A DNA stretch of 64,000 nucleotides, taken from Candidatus Latescibacterota bacterium. GTDB lineage: Bacteria > Latescibacterota > UBA2968. This document shows positions 56,236 to 64,000 of this stretch, piece after piece. Each line of letters begins with the position of its first letter. Within the stretch, counting starts at the first letter, position 1. Under the pieces are notes generated by a model. It was not told the DNA's origin. It saw only the letters and a list, made by a program, of their open reading frames with translations, and did no database searches. Location of the stretch: assembly GCA_965208125.1 (NCBI GenBank), contig OZ242320.1:2880001-2944000 (forward strand), given 5' to 3'. The position numbers were made by a program, and so were the translations under genes.

Positions 56236-58635
56236 TCACTCGATTTTAAAGCTCGCGGTTTTGGTCACTTTTTGTCCGTCTTTGCGGTCCATTGCTGCGA
56301 CCTCGATGACGTATTCCCCCGGCTCAGAACCAGATAGGTCAAGTGCCAGATAGTTGACCACGTTGTCGGCATCGCCCGTCTGGTCATAAGAAATCGCAAT
56401 TTGTTCTTCGTTCTGGTCTATGCCCACCAGTTTTCCCAGGCCACCGAGTACTTTTGCGCCAAACGACTGTCCGGAACGCGGTTTTAAGCGGTAGGAGATC
56501 TGGTAGTCCGTCTGTCCGAATGCATCCTGACTCAGTCCGTAAATTTCGTAGTAGAGATAGACCAGATGCCGCTGTGTATAATGCCGCGTGGCCAGTGGAA
56601 TGACTTCCAAATTCTGTTTGACAAAATGTCCCTCTCCGGTGGTCTGTTCAATTGATGCCGCCATTTCGATATCGCTTAGTCTGAGTTTGCCGTGGCGATA
56701 AGACGGGACCCGCAAGGGCATGCCATAGACCTGCGTGCGTCCAGACCGCTCTTCAATGGCCTGCACGGCGAGGTAGTACGATCCGGGTTTTACATCCAGT
56801 GCTATTACATCGGGAATGATCCCGGTTTTTCCATCTACCCGCAGTACTACTCGTTTTGCTGCTCTGAATACCGGATCGCCTTTTGCATTGTAGAGAACGG
56901 CTCCCCGGTTTATCCGAACATCCCCGCCATCTCGCGTCAATGCAGAGGCGGGAAATCCGTAGTAGATCTCCACGCGCGTGCTGTCGCCCAGTCCTCGAAA
57001 TGTGGCGGGATAGGCCGCGTAATACAGCGGTTCGGCGAGAAATGCCGGTACATAGATTTCTCTGGGGGCTTTGCTCAAAATTTGTTCGGGGATGAGAGGT
57101 TCCCACAGGTGGCGCATTTTGGTCGCCATTTCCGCGGGCAATACGGCGTAGTCAAAAACGCCATCGGGTGCGCCGGGCATCTGGCGAAACGCGATTTCTA
57201 CGCCGTCTCCCAGCCCCGGATAGATCCAGTATTCCCACGCCCGGCGATCCTGGATCGGGAAGATGGGTCGTCCCAGAAATGCACCCAGTCCCCCCACGGC
57301 CATCGCCGATTCGGCTCGTTTTCGGATCTGTTCGCTTTTTTCATTGCGCTCGGATGATCGGCTGTATAGCCGCTGGAACTGCCTTTCCAGTTGGCGTTGT
57401 GCCCGTTCTGCGCCAGCTCCGCGGTGGGTCAGGCTGTCGCCATCAGCGGCGGCGTAGTCCGATAGCAGTATTTCGGCTGCCCAATCTACGCGGTCTAATA
57501 GCCGCTGTTTGATATCCCAGTCTTCGGGATGGGATTCGCGTTGCCGATTCGCGGAAGCACTTTTGTGGGATGGCGTGCCGTAGCGCACATAGATTTCGCC
57601 CCGTCGATCCCACGGAAAAACCGCCGATCCGAAATGCTCCCGCGCATAAGCTACCCGGCGGAAGTGTTCGACCCGCCGCTCGTTGACGTCTGTAATGGGT
57701 GTGGGGTCCCGGCGTTTCCAGAATTGTTGCAGAATTACTTGTCTGTCCTTTGCCTGCTTAAATGCCTCTGTTTCCCTTTCTGAGGCGAGTAGGGAAATAT
57801 CTTCATAAGGCGTCCGCTCTCTGGTACTCAGGCCAGCTATATAGGTTTCGAAAAGGGTTTCGGCTTTTTTGTAATTTTTTCGTTCCAGATAGACTTCGGC
57901 GAGTTCCAGCATGTATTGCCGCTGGTTTGTGCCCTGAGTCTGCATGAGCCGCGACAGGGTGCGGGCGGCCTGATCCGTGCGGGATAGGGTGCGGTAGAGT
58001 TGTCCCAGTCGCCACATGGCGTCTTTGTGTGCGGGATTGACCGCCAGTTGTTTTTCGTAATATTCTATTGCGCCTTCTTTTTTTAGTAGATCGTATTCAT
58101 ACATAAAGCCCAGGCGGTAATACGCATCTGGATGGTCTGGGTCCATCTCGACCACCTGTTCGAAAGCTCTGATGGCATCGCGATTCATGAGATTCAGATG
58201 CGTCAGGCCAATGTGGTATTGGGCTTCTACATAGTCGGGCTTTTCGGCCAGGGCGCGACAGAAATAATCAATGGCACGCACCCACTGGCCTTTCTCACGG
58301 GCATAGACGAGGCCCATGCCAAAGTAGGCTTCGGGCATTTTTCGCTGGTATTTTTCGGCATTTCGAAAGGCTTTTCTGGCTTTGCCAAGCTGATCCTGGG
58401 TCAGATATACATGCCCCAATCCACAGTGGGTTGAGGCATGTTTTTTGTTTGCTTGTAGAGATTGCTCAAACAAAATTTTCGCGCGGTCTATTTCTCCTGC
58501 TTTGAGTGCCTGATTACCCAGTAGATAGAGGGAATCCGCAGCAGAAGGATCCGCCATGACTGATGCAACAGTCCAGAATATTCCAAAGATCAGGGCGAGT
58601 GCAATGCGCCCGATATGCCAGCCTATTTTCGACAT
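56236..58635 (-). CDS. Secreted TPR + GWxTD-like domain protein (paralogue 4)
   Basis: Signal peptide, TPRs, FWKRRDPTPITDVNERRVEHFRRVAYAREHF..PWDRRGEIYVRYGTP (closest to the canonical GWxTD-domain N-part), WEYWIY, YLYYEIYGL. Confidence 0.88.
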   Translation of the reverse strand: MSKIGWHIGRIALALIFGIFWTVASVMADPSAADSLYLLGNQALKAGEIDRAKILFEQSLQANKKHASTHCGLGHVYLTQDQLGKARKAFRNAEKYQRKMPEAYFGMGLVYAREKGQWVRAIDYFCRALAEKPDYVEAQYHIGLTHLNLMNRDAIRAFEQVVEMDPDHPDAYYRLGFMYEYDLLKKEGAIEYYEKQLAVNPAHKDAMWRLGQLYRTLSRTDQAARTLSRLMQTQGTNQRQYMLELAEVYLERKNYKKAETLFETYIAGLSTRERTPYEDISLLASERETEAFKQAKDRQVILQQFWKRRDPTPITDVNERRVEHFRRVAYAREHFGSAVFPWDRRGEIYVRYGTPSHKSASANRQRESHPEDWDIKQRLLDRVDWAAEILLSDYAAADGDSLTHRGAGAERAQRQLERQFQRLYSRSSERNEKSEQIRKRAESAMAVGGLGAFLGRPIFPIQDRRAWEYWIYPGLGDGVEIAFRQMPGAPDGVFDYAVLPAEMATKMRHLWEPLIPEQILSKAPREIYVPAFLAEPLYYAAYPATFRGLGDSTRVEIYYGFPASALTRDGGDVRINRGAVLYNAKGDPVFRAAKRVVLRVDGKTGIIPDVIALDVKPGSYYLAVQAIEERSGRTQVYGMPLRVPSYRHGKLRLSDIEMAASIEQTTGEGHFVKQNLEVIPLATRHYTQRHLVYLYYEIYGLSQDAFGQTDYQISYRLKPRSGQSFGAKVLGGLGKLVGIDQNEEQIAISYDQTGDADNVVNYLALDLSGSEPGEYVIEVAAMDRKDGQKVTKTASFKIE

Positions 58636-58651
58636 GCCCAATCGCCTGTGT

Positions 58652-60394
58652 TTATTTTGCCAGCGGTCCCGTGGGTGCTTCTTTGCTGTAGAGCGCGCTT
58701 CCCCTCTCGTAGGATACCGCTACCTGTCCGTTTTCTACCTGTAAACGGGGTACATTATTTGTGCCCACATCGCGGTCCGGTCCTCTCATTACGGCGAGTT
58801 GTGCATCGCTCATGCCCGCTATCAGATCGCCCCATCGGCTTTCTGGATGCACCATGTCGCCTCCGCTGCGGTGGAAGTTCCGGGATGTGTATTTGATCAG
58901 GATGCCCCGTCTTGAGATGGGGTTCTTCCAGGCGAGAGCACCGTGGGTCGTCGCCCCATCCCCAAAAAAGAGCACGTCGCCCGCCTTCATCACTGGCTGT
59001 ACCACAAGTCCCATGTCGTCGTCGCAGGTGCGGATGCCCGGCGGCATGGGATAAAACGCTTTGTGGCTGCCCGGTACACAGGCGAATCCGCCCAGACCGG
59101 GTTCCACGTCTCGAAGTTGCCAGGCTACGGTTACTGCTTGATCATAACTGCGCCCGTTTTGAAACACATAGCCCATCGGCGGATAGAGCGGTTCGTTGTT
59201 GCTGTGGAGCGAGTGTCCGCTGCCGCCCAGGACTGAGCAAAATGCCGTGGCGCCTCCGCACCGCCCTCCGCTGGTGCCCATCCAGTTCAAGCGGTGTTCG
59301 ACTACGGGATGTGCAATCATTTGCCGGAATGGCTCGCAATACGGTTCTGGTAATTCGAGCAATCCAGAGAGGAGAGGTCTTCCCGTGCCAGCCAGGCTTT
59401 TTGAGCCTCGGGCGAGTTCTTCGCCCACTACGATGCGGTCTTCAAATTTATCGATGGTCTCGTTGGCTGCTGCCAGCCATTCTTCGTCCATGACGCCGCG
59501 GAGTACCAGATATCCGTTCAAGTCCCAGAAATAGAATTCTTTGTAATCAATCCCCGAGTCCGGGTCCAGTTTGTAAATTGAGGGATGAAATACCTCGCGG
59601 GATTCGTCCATCTTTACCGTCTTGCCATCCGTCACAATGGTCGGCGCAGGTGTCGTGGATTTGTAACCGGGCTTGTAAAGCGATGCGCGCTGTTCTTCAC
59701 TTAAAGCGTCGTGCCATTCCGGGTGCGGTTCTTCCTCTGTCATTGGACCTGTTCCTGCAGATCGGATTACGCCCCTGCCCACGTATTCATAAGATAGCAG
59801 TCGCTGCTGTCCGTCTCCCTGCCACGGACGCATTCCCTGTAATGCGGATAGTGCTACTATCAGGAGATCTCCTGCCTTTAGCACGGGCTGGTATGTCAAT
59901 CCCATGTCGTCTTCGCCTGTGGTTACGTCTTCTGGCGATGCCACATTGCTTTTGTGCGAGCAGGGCAGGAGTACGAAACCGCCGTCTCCTTCGTTCACGT
60001 CTTCCAGTGCCCAGATTACGCGCACGCCTTCGCAATAACGCTGGCCGTTCTGGTGGTAATACGCAATGCCCGGCATTCTCGGTTCGTTGCCGCCTGTTAG
60101 TGGTGCTGTGGTGTCGCAGGTTGCGTCGCACAAGATTTCAGGCTCGCGGTCCAGGCGGAAGCCGATTCCTACAATTTGATTTAGATACCACACGAGATGC
60201 GGATGGACGAGCAGTTCCCGGAATGGTTTTTTCGATTCGCCTTCCCATCCCAGCATGCCCGATAGTTGACCGGCTTTGTCGATGGTCTGGTTCAGTTGCA
60301 CGACTTCGCCGCGGTTCAATACGCCCGGTACATGAAGGTAGCCAGCTATATCAAAACAGTAATTTTCTTCGTTGCTCATGAGTTCTTGATCCAT
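58652..60394 (-). CDS. Tandem two-domain phytanoyl-CoA dioxygenase (PhyH)-family protein
   Basis: Two repeats: FDIAGYLHVPGVL..GGFVLLPCSHKS..LKAGDLL and WDLNGYLVLRGVM..GGFACVPGSHKA..MKAGDVLFF..THG..W. Confidence 0.88.
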   Translation of the reverse strand: MDQELMSNEENYCFDIAGYLHVPGVLNRGEVVQLNQTIDKAGQLSGMLGWEGESKKPFRELLVHPHLVWYLNQIVGIGFRLDREPEILCDATCDTTAPLTGGNEPRMPGIAYYHQNGQRYCEGVRVIWALEDVNEGDGGFVLLPCSHKSNVASPEDVTTGEDDMGLTYQPVLKAGDLLIVALSALQGMRPWQGDGQQRLLSYEYVGRGVIRSAGTGPMTEEEPHPEWHDALSEEQRASLYKPGYKSTTPAPTIVTDGKTVKMDESREVFHPSIYKLDPDSGIDYKEFYFWDLNGYLVLRGVMDEEWLAAANETIDKFEDRIVVGEELARGSKSLAGTGRPLLSGLLELPEPYCEPFRQMIAHPVVEHRLNWMGTSGGRCGGATAFCSVLGGSGHSLHSNNEPLYPPMGYVFQNGRSYDQAVTVAWQLRDVEPGLGGFACVPGSHKAFYPMPPGIRTCDDDMGLVVQPVMKAGDVLFFGDGATTHGALAWKNPISRRGILIKYTSRNFHRSGGDMVHPESRWGDLIAGMSDAQLAVMRGPDRDVGTNNVPRLQVENGQVAVSYERGSALYSKEAPTGPLAK

Positions 60395-60505
60395 TTCAAA
60401 CCTCCCCCAGGTTGGAAATAAGGATTATTGACAAGGCTGAGGAGCCAATCATTAATTAATCTAAAACATGTGTTAAATTATATTAAAAAACAAGAGAAAT
60501 ACAGT

Positions 60506-61567
60506 CTAATCTGGCACTTCGACGACGTAAATCTGGCTGCTACCGGTTTGATCCGATGTGTAGATGACCCGTTTCCCATCGGGGCTAAATGATGGATGTG
60601 GGTGAGACCACTGGGGTCCATAGGTATCGGCCTGGACTTTGTCGTCGTCCGCGGGGACTGTTTCGGCCCATTGCGTTCCCCCATTGGAACTGCGGGGATA
60701 ACACAGGGCTTTGTGTTCCCCCGTTTCTGGATCGATCAGTTGCAGTCCGATGTCTGGACATGTGGTGTCGCATACAATGCGCGATCCATCTGGGCTGGGC
60801 GATGGATGCCAGGTGTTGAATTCGGCGATTTTTCGATCTTTGTCTTCGCCCACCCGAATGCCCCGTAACGCGTATGGCCAGTGTACGAAGATGACTTCGT
60901 CGGTGTGTCCCAGGAATGTTTCATGGGTAATCCACACGGTCTTGTCGTGTTTGAATAGCGGGCGCTCGTTGCTCCCATCAATCCGCACTTCCCACATTCG
61001 CTGATTGATATCGCTGGAATACAGGATGAGGTCCGGATCAGTCGGGCAGACCTGCACATGGCCCACAGCGCGAGGGGGTTCACGGACGATTCGGTGTCCC
61101 GATCCGTCTGTGTTCACCGCGACTACCGCCGAATACCCGTTATGATGTAAAGATGTCACCAGTCGTTCCCCATTTGCCGAGAGGCTGCATCCACCCACGC
61201 GGCTTTCGCCAAAATCGGCCAGAATGTATTCCTCCAGTGTCTGGATATTCACGGCGCAAACCCGTCCACCTGTGTTGTAAAATACCCGGTGTCCGTCTTT
61301 GGCCGGGCAGGCGGCAAATCCACCGAATCCCTCCACATCGGTCAATTGCGTCATTTTCCCGCTGTTCTCATCCATTTTGAAGAGGTTGGGGTATCCAGAG
61401 CGATATGAGGTGAATACAATGGTTTTTCCATCCGGCATCCAGGATGGATTTGAAAAGTACAGGTTGTGGCTGATTGCGGGATGGTCCGTCATTTGTCGGA
61501 TCGCCGCGCCCGTTTTTTTGTCTTTTAATGCTTTTGTTTCCGAAAAATACGTCTGTCCTTTTGCCAT
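60506..61567 (-). CDS. Oligogalacturonate lyase-like / TolB-like beta-propeller protein
   Basis: D..TG..IRQMT, HNLYF, GHVQVCP, THETF, HPHPSFSPDGKRVIYTSD..G..QIY; no signal peptide; GGAGG RBS before ATG 61567. Confidence 0.8.
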   Translation of the reverse strand: MAKGQTYFSETKALKDKKTGAAIRQMTDHPAISHNLYFSNPSWMPDGKTIVFTSYRSGYPNLFKMDENSGKMTQLTDVEGFGGFAACPAKDGHRVFYNTGGRVCAVNIQTLEEYILADFGESRVGGCSLSANGERLVTSLHHNGYSAVVAVNTDGSGHRIVREPPRAVGHVQVCPTDPDLILYSSDINQRMWEVRIDGSNERPLFKHDKTVWITHETFLGHTDEVIFVHWPYALRGIRVGEDKDRKIAEFNTWHPSPSPDGSRIVCDTTCPDIGLQLIDPETGEHKALCYPRSSNGGTQWAETVPADDDKVQADTYGPQWSHPHPSFSPDGKRVIYTSDQTGSSQIYVVEVPD

Positions 61568-61585
61568 GTCTGATGCCTCCATTGG

Positions 61586-62785
61586 TCATCGCTTTGGGAA
61601 GAACACATCCACACACGTTTCCACATCAAATGGGTCGCATCCGTAGTCCCGTTTAAATTTTTCGAGGTGTTCTATTTCGTGTATTGTCGGTTCTTTCAAT
61701 GGCAGATCGACGGGTTTTCGCCCTATGCGTCCGGATTCTTCTACTGCGACCTGGACTTCGATATCCCGTCGCGCTCTTTGCGCGTCATAGCGCGTGGGCA
61801 GGTCTTCCCGAACTGCTTGAGCAATGCTGTCCATTTCTTCTACAATCGCCAGTCTTCCCGGCGATGTTTTGTATTGGGGCCATGGATTTTCCCACTCCAG
61901 CGGGGGATCGGTTTCGATTACCATTCGTTCCAGTACCTGTACCCCGTCTTTTTCTCGGGTTTCTGTGTGGATGGGGTAGGCAGTGGCTCGTCCTCCGCTC
62001 AATCGCTGTGCTTGTGTGGTTATATGTATTTCATTTTCTACAATTGTTCCGGTTGTGCCATCCACCTGGAATAATGTCTGGCTTTTTCGCCCGAGTGCCC
62101 GACCGTGATACATCGACGAGTAGGACATTATCGCCAGTGCGCCGTTTTCAAACTCGACGAGGTCCATTGTCCAGTGTTCGGTGGTGAATTGTCGAATTTC
62201 ACTCACATTCACGCGTGGGATTGGCGAATCCATCACCAATCCCGTTACCCGAATGGGCGCCGCATCGCCTACCATCATCCGCACGCTGCTGACGATGTGA
62301 TAGCCGCCGGTTTGAAATAGGGCAAAGACCCGAAGTACGTCTCCAATGGCTCCGGCGTCGATGGCTTGTCGTTTGATCAGGTGAAGGGGATCCCGGCAAT
62401 ATTGCTCTGCTATTTCGAGTTTTACGCCGTTGCGTGCCACCGCGTTGATCAATACATCTGCGGTTTGCAGGGTGGGGGAAATGGGGGTTTCTACGATCAG
62501 GTTTACGCCGTGTTCAGCCAGATATGCACCGATGGCGTGGTGTGAGTCAGCCGGTGTGCTTATTGCCGCGATGTCCAATTTCTCATGTGCGACCAGGTCC
62601 TGTACCCGCGAATAAGCGGGTACGCCGTGTTCGGTGCCTATTTTTCGCGCTTTTTCTCCATCTACATCGCATATCGCGGTGAGTTCGAATACATCCGACA
62701 TCAATAAAATCGCAGGGAGTCGCCCCCCCAGCCCACGGCCACCGCATCCCACGAGGGCGATTCTCAATTTTTCTTTTGCGGTCAT
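61586..62785 (-). CDS. Gfo/Idh/MocA family oxidoreductase
   Basis: IALVGCGGRG, AICD, ISTPADSH, VETPI (EKP to ETP variant). Confidence 0.9.
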   Translation of the reverse strand: MTAKEKLRIALVGCGGRGLGGRLPAILLMSDVFELTAICDVDGEKARKIGTEHGVPAYSRVQDLVAHEKLDIAAISTPADSHHAIGAYLAEHGVNLIVETPISPTLQTADVLINAVARNGVKLEIAEQYCRDPLHLIKRQAIDAGAIGDVLRVFALFQTGGYHIVSSVRMMVGDAAPIRVTGLVMDSPIPRVNVSEIRQFTTEHWTMDLVEFENGALAIMSYSSMYHGRALGRKSQTLFQVDGTTGTIVENEIHITTQAQRLSGGRATAYPIHTETREKDGVQVLERMVIETDPPLEWENPWPQYKTSPGRLAIVEEMDSIAQAVREDLPTRYDAQRARRDIEVQVAVEESGRIGRKPVDLPLKEPTIHEIEHLEKFKRDYGCDPFDVETCVDVFFPKR

Positions 62786-62817
62786 GGTGGTCCTTTCTGG
62801 GGTGATAGGTATATACG

Positions 62818-63666
62818 CTACGGCGGTAGTCGCGGTGGTATTGGTTGGATAATTTTTTTCTGTTCGGGTGTCAAACGTTCCAATAATCCGTCCGATGGGA
62901 CGTAGTGAAACCGCGTGCGGATAAATCGCGGGGAATACCGATAGACTACGGTGCGGCGATACCCTTTGTTCGTGCGTTCGGCTGATCCATGTGCGACCGC
63001 ATCTGTGAAGAATAGCGCGTCACCCGATTTCATGTACATTTCTTTCATGCCTACAGCAGTTCCAGCGGGTTCTGTGCCAGAACTCACCACGCCCTTGTCA
63101 TCGACAAGTAATCTGGGATGTATTTCTGCGCTTTTATGGCTGCCGGGTACGAGGACTGTTGGTCCATCTCCCGGTTCTATATCCGTCAATGCGACCAGTA
63201 CGTTGATCTGACCCACCATCCACGCGCCTGTGTTGTGTTGCCGAAAGGTGAAATAGCACCGGGGCGCGTGACCACCACTGTGGATATAGATAAATCCGCC
63301 GGGTCCGCGTACGGTTAAAAAATTTTCGTGGATCGAGATGCCGTTTACGTCGTCGTTGATGTAGCGTTTGGCCAGGTCAATCCACGATGGATGATCGATT
63401 AATCGCTCGAATACCGGTCCAGCTTCGATGATGTTCTGAAAGTTCAATCCGTCTTTTTCACGGTAGGTATGCGTTTCCACATGGCCGATCCACGCACCCG
63501 AATCGTCATTCGCACCCCGACGCCTTTTGCCGTGTACATATTCCCAATGGTCATCTACCCATTGGTTCATTTCGCACACATCCTCTTGGGATACCGCGTT
63601 CTCCAGGAGTAAATAACCCTGCAAATCAAATAAATAATCCTGTAATTGCTGGTCTGAATTACCCAT
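62818..63666 (-). CDS. PhyH-family Fe(II)/2-oxoglutarate enzyme with HxG motif
   Basis: YLFDLQGYLLLENAV, LIDHP, IHSGG, ALTDI..GDGPTVLVPGSHKS, KSGDALFFTD.VAHGS, RRTVVYRY. Confidence 0.9.
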   Translation of the reverse strand: MGNSDQQLQDYLFDLQGYLLLENAVSQEDVCEMNQWVDDHWEYVHGKRRRGANDDSGAWIGHVETHTYREKDGLNFQNIIEAGPVFERLIDHPSWIDLAKRYINDDVNGISIHENFLTVRGPGGFIYIHSGGHAPRCYFTFRQHNTGAWMVGQINVLVALTDIEPGDGPTVLVPGSHKSAEIHPRLLVDDKGVVSSGTEPAGTAVGMKEMYMKSGDALFFTDAVAHGSAERTNKGYRRTVVYRYSPRFIRTRFHYVPSDGLLERLTPEQKKIIQPIPPRLPP

Positions 63667-64000
63667 AAGCACCTTTCTCATGCCGTCCCAATAACCGCTG
63701 CATGCGCGGGTCGGTTCCTGTCCAGACGTATTCGGGCATGCGGTAGTCGATAAATGGGTATAACCGCTGGGCGATGATGCGCTGGCTGTACACGACTGAG
63801 CCTACATAGCGGACCTGGTCGGATTTGTTTTGCGATCCCCGGTGCCACACTTGATTGTGGAACATGCACAGATCACCCGGGTCGGCAATCATGGATACTG
63901 GGCCCTGGCCGTCAAACTCGGGGGCTTCCGTTTTGTCTGGTCGCCTGCCCGCATAATGGCTGCCGGGCACCACTTCTGTGACGCCGTATTCGATGGCGTC
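63659..64000 (-). CDS. PhyH-family protein, 3' part (5' end outside the window)
   Basis: EVVPGSH, PGDLCMFHNQVWHRGSQN.SD..R; frame open to the window edge; stop overlaps the start of the next PhyH gene. Confidence 0.85.
   Translation of the reverse strand, partial: DAIEYGVTEVVPGSHYAGRRPDKTEAPEFDGQGPVSMIADPGDLCMFHNQVWHRGSQNKSDQVRYVGSVVYSQRIIAQRLYPFIDYRMPEYVWTGTDPRMQRLLGRHEKGAYG

Noticed and set aside
60428-60456. TTGACA-17-ATTAAT plus-strand promoter
   Set aside because: Poor -10 match, points antisense into the lyase-like gene, and lies in an AT-rich gap where chance matches are likely.
1-64000. tRNA/rRNA, integrase/transposase, prophage or known defence systems
   Set aside because: None recognised by eye; the SNase is a secreted type and the PcfJ-like gene has no mobile-element context. 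A covariance-model scan was not possible.

Overview
64 kb of a gene-dense, Gram-negative (diderm) bacterial chromosome with about 43 CDS. I found no rRNA, tRNA, CRISPR array or recognisable mobile element. Gene content (GWxTD-like, PorV/PorQ-like, CRTAC1/ASPIC-UnbV, DUF6785-like, many PhyH and Gfo/Idh/MocA paralogues, TPR/HEAT repeats) suggests an FCB-superphylum lineage such as Latescibacterota/KSB1, possibly host-associated; this is inference only. The left third (1-21 kb) and right end (58.6-64 kb) are small-molecule catabolic and transport genes. The centre (21-58.6 kb) is a block of cell-envelope genes. It holds four TPR+GWxTD-like paralogues with a non-canonical P[WY]DRRGE motif, one behind a consensus sigma-54 promoter with a palindromic enhancer. 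It also holds a UbiA prenyltransferase / desaturase / CruF-like-TPR lipid-tailoring operon, two CRTAC1-type proteins, an octaheme cytochrome c, and an OMP - TonB-dependent receptor - T9SS-CTD-like protein - PorV-like operon. The best candidates for undescribed biology are: (i) the TBDR/CTD/PorV module, (ii) the UbiA-desaturase-CruF operon coupled to a GWxTD gene, (iii) a TudS/RudS-type desulfidase coupled to a betaine/ergothioneine-type ABC importer, and (iv) PhyH enzymes lacking the HxD carboxylate ligand (halogenase-like). All family calls come from motif recognition by eye; no database searches were run.
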